From IMG/VR virus record IMGVR_UViG_3300021170_000017, positions 1,545-65,544 of that record: a DNA stretch of 64,000 nucleotides; one strand, 5' to 3'. Origin of the DNA: a virus. Its lineage: Duplodnaviria > Caudoviricetes. Positions within the stretch are counted from its first letter, which is position 1. Each line of letters starts with the position of its first letter. The translations under genes were made by a program, and so were the position numbers. The notes beneath the pieces were generated by a model, which had not been told where the DNA came from, ran no database searches, and saw only the letters and a program-made list of their open reading frames with translations. Below, piece by piece: positions 8,505-17,221 of the stretch.

Positions 8505-8662
8505 TAGAGTCGTCCGGCCAAGACCAGCACCAGCACGATGATCAGAATGAGGCCGATCACACCGCCCGGCATGTAGCCCCAGTTCTGCGAGTGCGGCCAG
8601 GTCGGGAAGGCGCCGACCAGCAGCAGCACCAGGACGATCAGCAGGATGGTACCCACACTCAT
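8504..8662 (-). CDS. DUF3309 family small membrane protein
   Basis: Manual translation MSVGTILLIVLVLLLVGAFPTWPHSQNWGYMPGGVIGLILIIVLVLVLAGRL. AGGAG RBS. Confidence 0.85.
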   Translation of the reverse strand: MSVGTILLIVLVLLLVGAFPTWPHSQNWGYMPGGVIGLILIIVLVLVLAGRL

Positions 8663-8677
8663 GGCGAACTCCTTTCT

Positions 8678-9319
8678 TTACTGGACGGTGAGGTTCGTCG
8701 GCGCCGCGGGCACCGGCGGCGGTAGCCCGGTGCAGGCTTCGATCGACTTAGGTCCCTCGACGGTACCCTCGACCGACGTCACGTAGAAGCAGGTGGACCC
8801 GACCACGATGCCCGTACTGATCACGGTCGTCACCCCCGTGATGCCGATCGCCACGCGCTGCTCATTGCCGGTCAGTCCCTGATAGATGTTGTAGGTCAGG
8901 GGCACGATGATCGTCGAGCCGTCGACGTTGATGGTGGGCGCGGTCCACAAGAGCGTGGCGGTCGCGGCGGGGAGCGGACTCGCGGCAGCGGGGCCGGTCC
9001 AGGGCGCGCTGGCGATCGTCTTGCTGTACCACGCCTGGGCGCTATTCTCCTGCCAGATGAGCCCGTTCACGTAGGCGATCGCGATTACATTGCAAGTCGT
9101 GGGGTCGACCGAGCCTTTCAAAGTCACCATGCTCTTTTGGCCCGGCGAGGCCCAGGTCGCGGTACACGGTGCGGTCTGAGAGATGCCCCAGACATTGCCC
9201 GCGGCATCGGTGATGGTACTGTTTGAACCGACGAGGACGACGGTGTTATTCGGGGAGGCGGCGGCCAGGGCGAGAGTCGCCACCAGGCAGCCTAGGAGGG
9301 CAAGTTTACGCATGGACAT
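8678..9319 (-). CDS. Secreted protein with C-terminal fibronectin type III-like domain
   Basis: Signal peptide. ITDAAGNVWGI..AYVNGLIWQEN domain, then LLWTAPT..DGS..LTYNIYQG..CFYVTSV..EGPKS..PAAPTNLTV. Confidence 0.7.
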   Translation of the reverse strand: MSMRKLALLGCLVATLALAAASPNNTVVLVGSNSTITDAAGNVWGISQTAPCTATWASPGQKSMVTLKGSVDPTTCNVIAIAYVNGLIWQENSAQAWYSKTIASAPWTGPAAASPLPAATATLLWTAPTINVDGSTIIVPLTYNIYQGLTGNEQRVAIGITGVTTVISTGIVVGSTCFYVTSVEGTVEGPKSIEACTGLPPPVPAAPTNLTVQ

Positions 9320-9321
9320 CC

Positions 9322-9651
9322 CTATGTGTGGGTGAAGGACTGACGCTCCCGCTTTATACGCCTTTTTAGATTCGCAAGCGCGCGCACGCTGCCGGGACCT
9401 CGCTGCCGTTTAGGCTTCGGTTGTTTGACGTGGCCAAACACGCGAGGGCCGTTTTGCCACTTGCGCTGGATGAGCGGCTTTCGGTCCGGTCTCCCCACGT
9501 CGTTGAGTCCATGCTCGCCCACCACTTTATGGAGATAGGTGCGGTTGACGCCGGTCAGCCGGGCCGCCGCTTTGATGTTCCCCCGGCAATCGGTGAGCAC
9601 TCGGCGCCAGTACTCGGCCTTGAATTGCCGCAGCGCCTCGCGGTAGGTCAT
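9322..9651 (-). CDS. Stand-alone Fis/NtrC-type HTH protein with basic tail
   Basis: YREALRQFKAEYWRRVLTDCRGNIKAAARLTGVNRTYLHKVV fits HTH_8. Confidence 0.75.
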   Translation of the reverse strand: MTYREALRQFKAEYWRRVLTDCRGNIKAAARLTGVNRTYLHKVVGEHGLNDVGRPDRKPLIQRKWQNGPRVFGHVKQPKPKRQRGPGSVRALANLKRRIKRERQSFTHT

Positions 9652-10265
9652 GAATCAAGCAGGGCGTCCCGAGCGGCGGTCACGCGCCGGAACTCCGCAG
9701 CATCGCCGCCGTTGTCCGGATGGTGCTGGCTCGCCAGGCGCCGGTAGGCTAGCGTCACTTCCTCTTTTGTCGCGTGACTTGAGACGCCGAGCACCTGCCA
9801 TGGCTGCTCGGGCGCCGGCAGTGCGGTAAACCCCTGGAAGGCGCGGTCGAGAATGAGCGCGCCGCCATAGCGTTCGATGGCGCGCATCGCATCCAAGGTC
9901 GCCGCGATCGCCGCTAAGTTGTCTGGCAGCCGATCATAGGTGTCGATGGCCATGCAGCGCTGGTTCTTGCCTTGGGTCCAATACACAGCGGCGCCCACGT
10001 CCGCCGGCATGGCCTGCGAGCGGTTCGGCGTACCGTCCAGATTCAGGCGCAGGTTGGTCGAGATAATGATCCGCGTGCCGCCTAAGCGGCGCACGGCCGC
10101 ATTCAGCCGGTCCATCCCTTGGCCCAAGGTGACGCGCTCTTGCCGCTGCCACTGACCGGGCTCAGCGCCCGGCTTGCTCGCTTTGCCGACGAACTTTGCC
10201 TTGAGGCGTACGCTGGTGCGCTTCCAGCCTGGGGGCCAACTGAGCGGGTAGGCCGTGGCGCTCAT
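9648..10265 (-). CDS. J-domain (DnaJ-like) protein
   Basis: N-terminal YPLSWPPGWKRT phage domain. C-terminal PWQVLGV..AYRRLASQHHPDNGG J-domain with HPD. Confidence 0.85.
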   Translation of the reverse strand: MSATAYPLSWPPGWKRTSVRLKAKFVGKASKPGAEPGQWQRQERVTLGQGMDRLNAAVRRLGGTRIIISTNLRLNLDGTPNRSQAMPADVGAAVYWTQGKNQRCMAIDTYDRLPDNLAAIAATLDAMRAIERYGGALILDRAFQGFTALPAPEQPWQVLGVSSHATKEEVTLAYRRLASQHHPDNGGDAAEFRRVTAARDALLDS

Positions 10266-10642
10266 GGGCCGCTCAGATTGACGATCATGCGGCGGTACTC
10301 GGGTCGCATCACCATGCCGTAACTGCCGAGCAGGTAGATCTTGTCCTTGAACGGGTCGTCGCGATAGCCGAAGAGCGCGATCAGTTCGTTATTGATCCGG
10401 GCGCGGAACTCCGCCGGCAGGAGGCGCGTCCCGTCCTTGAGTTTGATGTCGGCCACTTGAATCTTAGGCGCCGGCGGCGGGGCGTCCCAGATTTCGCGCC
10501 CCATGAGACGCGGCCGAGCGAACGGGTTGAACAGGTCCGATTCGGCCGGCGTTGGCGGCAGCGCGCGCATCATGTCGCGCAGTTTCTCGACGGTCAGCGT
10601 GTTCTCTGCCGTCGGCCCCCCACTCGTCGTATTACCCGCCAT
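10262..10642 (-). CDS. Hypothetical protein
   Basis: 126-aa ORF in operon. Confidence 0.5.
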   Translation of the reverse strand: MAGNTTSGGPTAENTLTVEKLRDMMRALPPTPAESDLFNPFARPRLMGREIWDAPPPAPKIQVADIKLKDGTRLLPAEFRARINNELIALFGYRDDPFKDKIYLLGSYGMVMRPEYRRMIVNLSGP

Positions 10643-11069
10643 GGCCCACCGGCTCGGCGCGGATGCTGCCGTCGGGCTGCACCGTGACCGCGAGTTTCTC
10701 CTCAGAGCGCAGAATCGCCTCGAGTTCCTGGACGCTCGGCCGTCGCTTCTCCAGTTCCTCGGTCTTCATGGCCTGGCCCTTCTGGAACGGCATCCACTCG
10801 CAATAGCGGCGCCCGGTCGGCCGCTCGCCCTCGCCCTGCCAGAGGTAGACGCTGTGGCGCGCGTGCAGTTTGGCACCGATATCGAACACCGCGAGGCTCA
10901 CACACTCATCGCCCCACACCGCGACTACGTGCGCTGCAAGTGGCTGACCGGGCAGCGTGTTCATGTCCGTGTCGTACCCCCAATCCTCCGATGTGAGCGA
11001 ATAGGCAGTGACGCCGGGCTGGATGTACGGGCGGTACCAAACGACGCGGCCGACGGTGGGTGTGATCAC
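10632..11069 (-). CDS. Conserved phage hypothetical protein
   Basis: ITPTVGRVVWY...QPLAAHVVAVW..VSLAVFD...YCEWMPFQKGQA, a recurrent phage family pattern. Confidence 0.7.
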   Translation of the reverse strand: MITPTVGRVVWYRPYIQPGVTAYSLTSEDWGYDTDMNTLPGQPLAAHVVAVWGDECVSLAVFDIGAKLHARHSVYLWQGEGERPTGRRYCEWMPFQKGQAMKTEELEKRRPSVQELEAILRSEEKLAVTVQPDGSIRAEPVGHGG

Positions 11070-11161
11070 GGCAATCTCCTAGTGATGGGTGTGTAACACG
11101 AGTGCAACGATGGAAACGACCAGGGCGGCGACGCTCAGCAGAAAGGCCAGGCCCGCGAGCT

Positions 11162-11371
11162 TCATTCGTCTGCCTCCACGGGTGGGAAGAATTCGGTCAG
11201 CCACCACCAGAAACGGCGGTACCAGGGCACGCGCTTGATCTGGAGGGTGCATCCATTCAAGCGCTCGACGATCAGATAAGGCGTGCCGTCGGAGAGTGTG
11301 AGGACGGTCCCCTCGGTGAGCAGCGGACTCGACTCGGTCATCGTCACCGTCATTTTAGCCTTCGTCTTCAC
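11162..11371 (-). CDS. Hypothetical protein
   Basis: 69-aa ORF with GTGA overlap. Confidence 0.45.
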   Translation of the reverse strand: MKTKAKMTVTMTESSPLLTEGTVLTLSDGTPYLIVERLNGCTLQIKRVPWYRRFWWWLTEFFPPVEADE

Positions 11372-11868
11372 GCGGCAAGTTCCACATCGCCGATGGTGAA
11401 CCCGGCGGTAGCGACGATCAAGAGCGCGGCGTTGGGCGTGATCTGGTGCGCCGGCACCGGCAGCGGGAATGGGACTTTCTTGATGTGCTGCAGGGCATTG
11501 ATCACCAGCGCCGAGCAGTCGTAGGTGCCCGAGCGGTGCAGGTCCTTGTTGAGGAAATAGCCCAGAATGTCCCGCTGCGCATAGAAATCGCCCACCTTGG
11601 CGATCAGATTGTCCTCCCAGTCCTTATACTCCGCGGCGGTTACCTCAAGGGTGGCGCGGCGCTTGCGGATCCAAGCTTCGGTGGATGGCTGGCGGAAGTG
11701 CACGCCGGGCTTGACCCCGCCGAGCTCGTCATTGCGGGCGTCTAAGTACCGGCCGTCCTTCAAGAGGCTGGCGCAGTGCGACCAGCCGTGCGGGCCTTGG
11801 CCGAACCACGCGATCCATCGCGAGGTCCAGTCCGGGCCCATCAGAAAGTCGATGGTGATGGTCTCCAT
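11368..11868 (-). CDS. Permuted papain-like (NlpC/P60, YaeF/YiiX-type) peptidase/amidase
   Basis: Catalytic His in WSHCAS precedes Cys in YDCSAL; ITP motif near the C-terminus. Confidence 0.7.
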   Translation of the reverse strand: METITIDFLMGPDWTSRWIAWFGQGPHGWSHCASLLKDGRYLDARNDELGGVKPGVHFRQPSTEAWIRKRRATLEVTAAEYKDWEDNLIAKVGDFYAQRDILGYFLNKDLHRSGTYDCSALVINALQHIKKVPFPLPVPAHQITPNAALLIVATAGFTIGDVELAA

Positions 11869-12422
11869 CAGTTGATCATCGTCTCTACGACCGTACCCGA
11901 CCCGCCCTGCAGCACGTTGACCAGGTAGGCGATGCAGCGACCGCGGTAATAATTGCACTTGGTGCCGACCACATAGGACGCGGTGACACTGAAGCCGACC
12001 GCGAGGTTATCGCTGGCTCCCCCGTATTCGCCAGTGTAGTAGGGACACGCGGTGGTCCCCGCCATGGTGTAGACGTCACCGACGTGCGTCCCGTTGCCGA
12101 CGGTGAAAGTCTTCGGCCCCCACGCAATCGGGTTGCAGCCGGCCAAGTACCCGTTGTTCAGGAAGCCGAACTGCCACGGCACATCGAGGTAGGAACCGCC
12201 GCCGCCTTCCGAATCGCCTTGGGCGAGGCAGATCGCGCCCATGTCCCCGGGGTAGGCGTTCGGGTTACCGTTCCACGCGGTGATACTCGAGCAGGGCGTC
12301 CCGCCATTGAAAGTGAAGCTATCGGACAACACGGCAGTCTGCGCATCCGCCACGCCTACTATCCCGGCGCAGAGCATCAGGCCCAGCAGCGTCGTCATCG
12401 AACTCAGTCTTGGAAATTTCAT
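11868..12422 (-). CDS. Secreted Cys/Gly/Tyr-rich protein
   Basis: Signal peptide ending ADA|Q. Six Cys in the mature part. GGGAG RBS. Confidence 0.6.
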   Translation of the reverse strand: MKFPRLSSMTTLLGLMLCAGIVGVADAQTAVLSDSFTFNGGTPCSSITAWNGNPNAYPGDMGAICLAQGDSEGGGGSYLDVPWQFGFLNNGYLAGCNPIAWGPKTFTVGNGTHVGDVYTMAGTTACPYYTGEYGGASDNLAVGFSVTASYVVGTKCNYYRGRCIAYLVNVLQGGSGTVVETMIN

Positions 12423-12442
12423 CGTCTTCTCCCGTTGGTTGA

Positions 12443-12754
12443 CTATGGTCTCGAAAAAATGCGGTTCCAGACGGCCTTGGCTTCGACCTTCGTGGCCCCG
12501 GTCGTCTCAACGTAATGATCGATGCTCGAGCAGAAGATCACCCAGCCCTTGGCATGGACCACGAGCTTCATCTTGGTCTCGCGGTCGTGCAGGCGCGCAT
12601 CGTCGGCGATGCCGCGCGGGAACCCGTTGAACCCCGTCGACAGCAGCCGATTGTCCCGCACAATGAGCGAACCCACCCGCGTCGAGGGGTCGCGCGACAT
12701 GCGGCTGGCCGATAGCGCCAAGTCGAGAAAGTATCGATCCCATTTTTCGTTCAC
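12443..12754 (-). pseudogene. Truncated dCMP deaminase fused to an unrelated C-terminus
   Basis: WDRYFLDLA..SRDPSTRVG..STGFNGFPRG..VVHA then K instead of catalytic E. No PCxxC in any frame. Confidence 0.7.
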
Positions 12755-13590
12755 GCGATTCGTTCCTTTGCTTGCGCGGCCTGGCACGCGGGATTGAGCC
12801 ACAGCACCTCGCGATTGATCTTGGTTCCCCGCCGCGCGTTGCCGCGGCTGTTGCACGAGTACTCGGTCCAATCGGTGAGCTCGGCGGCGTACATCTCCGA
12901 GTGGAAGCCAGAAATGATCACCATGCCTTTGAGATTTTTCAGGCAGCCGAGTAGGTCCATGTGCTGCCAGTCGGTCATCTCGTGCCGATAGTACTTGTCC
13001 GACTCCCAGCGCCGGCCGTTCCTAGTGCTGAAGACATACGGCGGGTCGCAATAGTGCAGCGTCGTCGGCGCATCGTGCTGCATGAGCACGGAAGTCGCCG
13101 GGCGGTGCTCGATGAGCACACCTGAGAGGCGCTCGCCGACTGAGGCGATCACCTGCGGGTATTTCTGCCACTGCGCGAAGTCGGTCGACCACTTGCGCCC
13201 GGAGTCGATCCGAAAGCCCGTGTTCTCCTTCGTTCCGCCGCTCGAGCCGTACCCCATACCGGCCTTGATGGCCAACTGCCGGGCGCGCTCAATCGGGTCG
13301 GGGGTCGGCGTGTAGGCGTTTTCGAACTCCTCCCGCGCGAACGGCGTCAGGGCCAGGAGCTCGCAGAGCGCCAGGCGCTGCTCGGGGTTCCGGAGCACCC
13401 GAAAGAAGTTCACGACGTCGCCGTCCAAGTCGTTGTAGACCTCGGCGTACGAGGGTTCTTTGGTCAGGAGCACGCTGCCGGCGCCACCAAAGGGCTCGAC
13501 GTACACCTGATGCGGCGGGAAGAACGAGCGTATCCAACTGGATAGCCTGAACTTCCCGCCGTGGTACCTAAGTACGGGCCGTTTGATCAC
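12751..13590 (-). CDS. D12-class N6-adenine DNA methyltransferase (Dam-like)
   Basis: [32 protein letters not shown]. Start at GTG 13590 (GGAGG RBS) or ATG 13605. Confidence 0.9.
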   Translation of the reverse strand: MIKRPVLRYHGGKFRLSSWIRSFFPPHQVYVEPFGGAGSVLLTKEPSYAEVYNDLDGDVVNFFRVLRNPEQRLALCELLALTPFAREEFENAYTPTPDPIERARQLAIKAGMGYGSSGGTKENTGFRIDSGRKWSTDFAQWQKYPQVIASVGERLSGVLIEHRPATSVLMQHDAPTTLHYCDPPYVFSTRNGRRWESDKYYRHEMTDWQHMDLLGCLKNLKGMVIISGFHSEMYAAELTDWTEYSCNSRGNARRGTKINREVLWLNPACQAAQAKERIA

Positions 13591-13765
13591 GCCGGAAGCC
13601 TCCATCCCGGGCCTTGCGCTCGGCGATCTCCTCGCGGTCGACCGCCGTCGTCTTGGGCGCGGTCACGCCGATGCGCACCTGATTGCCCTTGACGCCCATC
13701 ACGGTCACTTCGATGTCCGCTCCGATCTTGATGCTCTCCCCCACCCGTCTGGTCAGAATCAACAT
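13568..13765 (-). CDS. csrA: Carbon storage regulator CsrA/RsmA homolog
   Basis: [47 protein letters not shown]. Confidence 0.92.
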   Translation of the reverse strand: MLILTRRVGESIKIGADIEVTVMGVKGNQVRIGVTAPKTTAVDREEIAERKARDGGFRRDQTART

Positions 13766-13775
13766 ACCCCTCTCC

Positions 13776-14069
13776 CTAGGTTCGAAACATAACGATGACG
13801 GCGAGTCCCGCGAAGAGCGCACTGCCCCAAATCATGAAACGCGCCGCTCCGGAGATCGGCGCGCGCCGTGCGTGCAGTTCCCGGTGGATGTCCGGCAGCG
13901 TCTTCCTGAGCCACGGCAAGCGCCCGGTCGACCACTGCGGCGCCAGCCACCAGACGCAGGCAATGTAGAACAGCACCGCCGGCGGGACACGGTGCATCAC
14001 CAGCGCGATCACCATGGCCGCGATCGCGCTGCCGAAACAGCCTCCTAAGGCTATGGCGTCGCGGTTCAT
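13776..14069 (-). CDS. Small membrane protein (about 3 TM segments)
   Basis: Hydrophobic stretches; ATGA-coupled to the upstream secreted protein. Confidence 0.6.
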   Translation of the reverse strand: MNRDAIALGGCFGSAIAAMVIALVMHRVPPAVLFYIACVWWLAPQWSTGRLPWLRKTLPDIHRELHARRAPISGAARFMIWGSALFAGLAVIVMFRT

Positions 14070-14983
14070 GGCAGGTCACAGTCGACGCCGCACCAACTGT
14101 AGTCGTCGAAGTAGTAATACTCATAGCCTCCAGAATCGTAGGCCGGATAGAAGTCTGGCGAACTCACGAAGTCGATGACCTCGTCGATCAGTGCGCCCTC
14201 TTCGTCGCCGATCCACGCGTTGATGTTGGGGTCGATCTTGTCGTCGATGTAGTAAATCGCCCCCCCGATCTGATAGCCGATGGCGAAAGAGGCCGAGAGA
14301 TAGCTTCCCGCGTACGCCGCGGTCGACGCGAGACTGGCTTCGACGCTTAACCCCGCCGTCCACGAGTCCAGGAAGATGTCGTAGATGGTCATGTCCAAGT
14401 TGGGCGCCGGCGTCAGCCCCGCGATTCCTCTTTGGATATACAGCGCTTGGCTGCGCGCCAACACCGTCCTGGCGCCGCCCGCCGTGTAGCTCGCTTTGAC
14501 CGCAGCGGGCGCATAGGCATTGACGGCGGCATCGACGTTCGCCTTGCCAAACGCTGCTTGTAGTTTGAGCAGATTGGTGGCCGTCAGTCGTTTGGCGGCA
14601 ACTTCCAAGAGCGGCGCCAGGTTCCCGCCGCTGTGGATGTAGTACTCGCGCGAGAGCCGCGCCAAGTAGATATTCGCCGCGTTCGCGATGGTCGTGTTGA
14701 TGGTGGGCGAATAGGTGAAGTTGTACAGCACGACCACCGGAAACTGAGAGTGGATGGTGGCTACCGTCGTGCCCCTCGAGGGCATCGGCGGACTGCCTGG
14801 AAATGCCACCGGCGCGGTGGCGTGATCGGACATGCACTTAATGGGGAGCACTTCGAGTCCCCGGCTCGTGATGATGGGCATACGACACACTGGCGCGTTC
14901 GGTAACGCCGTAGCCCCTGCCGTCGTCGACAGCGCCACCGCACCTGCAAGAACCGCGGTCGCGGCTAATTTGGACTTGAGCAT
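14066..14983 (-). CDS. Secreted/membrane protein with acidic-aromatic C-terminal tail
   Basis: MLKSKLAATAVLAGAVALSTTAGA signal; GGAGG RBS; ends [27 protein letters not shown]. Confidence 0.65.
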   Translation of the reverse strand: MLKSKLAATAVLAGAVALSTTAGATALPNAPVCRMPIITSRGLEVLPIKCMSDHATAPVAFPGSPPMPSRGTTVATIHSQFPVVVLYNFTYSPTINTTIANAANIYLARLSREYYIHSGGNLAPLLEVAAKRLTATNLLKLQAAFGKANVDAAVNAYAPAAVKASYTAGGARTVLARSQALYIQRGIAGLTPAPNLDMTIYDIFLDSWTAGLSVEASLASTAAYAGSYLSASFAIGYQIGGAIYYIDDKIDPNINAWIGDEEGALIDEVIDFVSSPDFYPAYDSGGYEYYYFDDYSWCGVDCDLP

Positions 14984-15011
14984 AAAACCTCCAAAGATCT
15001 CGATTGGTTGA

Positions 15012-15287
15012 TCAATCGGCGTATTCGGCCCCAAGACGTCCTTCGATCTCCGACTGGCGGGCCAGGCCATGGATATATGCCAATACCTCGATTGGCGGTT
15101 CGGCGAGCGGCGCATTGCCGCCCAGGTTCGCGGGCTCTAAGAGCCGGCTATTGCGCCGGTCCCAGTAGACTCGGTGCTCTAGCATCCACTTGAGCGCGCG
15201 CTGCGCCAGGTGGTATTCGTCAAAGACCCGGACCATTGCCTCCGTGGTCCAGTCCATGCGCTTCGCAGGGAATTGCGGTCCGGTCAT
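15012..15287 (-). CDS. Hypothetical protein
   Basis: AGGAG RBS; coupled to upstream ORF. Confidence 0.45.
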   Translation of the reverse strand: MTGPQFPAKRMDWTTEAMVRVFDEYHLAQRALKWMLEHRVYWDRRNSRLLEPANLGGNAPLAEPPIEVLAYIHGLARQSEIEGRLGAEYAD

Positions 15288-15511
15288 GTCGTCGTCTCCT
15301 GTTGCCAGGCCCAGGCATTGAACGCCTTGGCTTTCATTTCCTCGAACTTCTCCGGCGCCCAACTGCGCTCAAGCCAGGCGCTATGCACCCGGGCCGAGAG
15401 CGTCCAGCCCAGGAGGCTGCGGTGCTGCGCGCAGGCGAAATAGTGCCGCGGGATCCAGCGCGTGCAGGTGGGCGCCTGGCACGTATGCATTTTTTCGTGG
15501 CCGTGTCTCAC
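15284..15511 (-). CDS. Small Zn-finger-like protein
   Basis: HTCQAPTC...FACAQH. Confidence 0.55.
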   Translation of the reverse strand: MRHGHEKMHTCQAPTCTRWIPRHYFACAQHRSLLGWTLSARVHSAWLERSWAPEKFEEMKAKAFNAWAWQQETTT

Positions 15512-15837
15512 GAGTCGTAACTCGAGGCTTCAGCGAATTCCTTGGGCGTCATCTCCCGTCCCCAGGTATCGCGCGCGACCTGCCGGATGATGCACTCGGC
15601 CGACGCCAGACGCTCCTCGAGCTCGCGGATCCGCTGATCTTTGGTCTTCGGCTTGTCGATGCGCTTGCCGCGCAGGAAGATGCCGGCCTGCACTAACTCA
15701 CTCACCCGGATGGCGCCGGCGAGTCCGCGCGCGACCTCGATGTCGCCGGTGGCATCAATGACCAGCCACGGACCCCAGAAGCCGGCGTCATGGCGCTCGC
15801 GCACCTTGATGACGTAGGTGTCAGAACGGGCGTTCAT
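15508..15837 (-). CDS. Hypothetical protein
   Basis: ORF with 4-bp overlaps on both sides. Confidence 0.5.
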   Translation of the reverse strand: MNARSDTYVIKVRERHDAGFWGPWLVIDATGDIEVARGLAGAIRVSELVQAGIFLRGKRIDKPKTKDQRIRELEERLASAECIIRQVARDTWGREMTPKEFAEASSYDS

Positions 15838-16184
15838 TGGCACCACCCAGCTCGCTTATAGGTCCGTTTCTTGTGGCAATTGGCACAGACGACGTCACAC
15901 ATTTTCAATTCCTTCATGAACTGGTGATGGCTGCTGGCACGAGAAATCAAGTCTGAGACCCGCCGCTGGCTCTTGGCCCCGATACCGACACGATGATCGA
16001 ACTCGAAAGGCGCCGCGGGGTCTGGCGGTTCATCGCAGTCCATGCACGGTTGTGCGGACAAAACCAAACGCCGAAGTCGCACGCACAGTTCCCGAGCGCG
16101 GCCCATCCTGATGCGGGCCTTCTCCCGCTGATCAGTCCGATTGCGGTCATACCAATTTCTCGCATAGTCGGGATCGGAGCGCAT
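15834..16184 (-). CDS. HNH endonuclease-like protein
   Basis: PCMDC...FEFDHR...ELKMCDVVCANCHKKRT. Confidence 0.8.
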   Translation of the reverse strand: MRSDPDYARNWYDRNRTDQREKARIRMGRARELCVRLRRLVLSAQPCMDCDEPPDPAAPFEFDHRVGIGAKSQRRVSDLISRASSHHQFMKELKMCDVVCANCHKKRTYKRAGWCQ

Positions 16185-16187
16185 CGT

Positions 16188-16910
16188 CTAGAAAGGAATA
16201 TCGTCATCGAATTCCGGGGCGTGCTGCTGACCCGTAGGCGGCGGTTGTCCGCCCCAGCCATCGTCAGATGGAGCCGGATGTCCAGCGTTCACCCGCTCGC
16301 TGATGGTGGGCGGCCGCTGGTGCTGCGCCGGCTGCGCGATTGATGAAGCAACAGATCCGGCAGCACCGTTTATTTCCCCGGTTTGCGCATCGACGAATTC
16401 CCATTTCTGCGTTGCCGCGTTCCACACGGGCGGCGGCGGCCGATTCGGCGGCGGAGCAGCGGCGGGTGGCGGGGTCGGTAAGATCCACTGCTGGCGGTTG
16501 GCGTCCCACACCGGCGGCGGTGGAGCTCCTGGCGGTAGCGGCGCATCACCCCAGGCGCCCGCGGCGCCATTCGCGCGGTAGACGACGCCGGCAGGGGTCT
16601 CGAGGCGCACGCCGCCGACCGGCTTGTCACCGAACATCACGGTCGGATCGTAGGAGAGTTTGACGCGCTTGCCGATCCAGAGCTCGGAGTCGGGCCCGTA
16701 GGCCATCTCCAAGATGAGGACCCGGCTTTTGTTGAGCTGCAGGCCCTTCAAGTGTTCCTGGAACCAGAGGAAACACTTGACGTCCTGCCCGTGTGCCCCG
16801 CGCCCCATGATCTCTTCGGTCACGTGGGCGATGGTCAAGATCATCGGGCGCTGGCCCTCGAGATCCCGACCGCGCCAATACTTGGACTTGACCATGTCGG
16901 CCGTTCTCAT
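16188..16910 (-). CDS. Putative ssDNA-binding protein (phage OB-fold type)
   Basis: SKYWRGRDLEG..LQLNKS..YGPDSELWIGKRVKL..GGVRL, Pro-rich linker, and an SSB-type acidic tail FDDDIPF. Confidence 0.75.
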   Translation of the reverse strand: MRTADMVKSKYWRGRDLEGQRPMILTIAHVTEEIMGRGAHGQDVKCFLWFQEHLKGLQLNKSRVLILEMAYGPDSELWIGKRVKLSYDPTVMFGDKPVGGVRLETPAGVVYRANGAAGAWGDAPLPPGAPPPPVWDANRQQWILPTPPPAAAPPPNRPPPPVWNAATQKWEFVDAQTGEINGAAGSVASSIAQPAQHQRPPTISERVNAGHPAPSDDGWGGQPPPTGQQHAPEFDDDIPF

Positions 16911-17221
16911 CGGTAGATCTCCATGATCATTTTGAAAGGGAGGGAGGAGGAAAACGACGCACGGAGCCCCGCGCGCATCATCCGATCGGTCTGCGTCATG
17001 CGGTTCATGACCAGCCAGCGCTTGGCGTTGATCTGCCGCTCGGAGAACCACAGCGTCCAGTGACTGCGCCACGTGGGCGACCAGGCGTCCGGATGATGCA
17101 TCCCCAACGCGCGGCGCAGGCGCCAGGCGCGGATCGCATCGGCATTCCTCTCCGCGAGCTCGAACTCCGCCATGATCTGATCGACCTCGAGATCGACCGC
17201 GACCTGGATGGGATCGGTCAT
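16907..17221 (-). CDS. Hypothetical protein
   Basis: 104-aa coupled ORF. Confidence 0.5.
   Translation of the reverse strand: MTDPIQVAVDLEVDQIMAEFELAERNADAIRAWRLRRALGMHHPDAWSPTWRSHWTLWFSERQINAKRWLVMNRMTQTDRMMRAGLRASFSSSLPFKMIMEIYR

Noticed and set aside
15834-16184. HNH gene as an intron- or intein-associated homing element
   Set aside because: Free-standing and coupled to neighbours, with no interrupted host gene evident.
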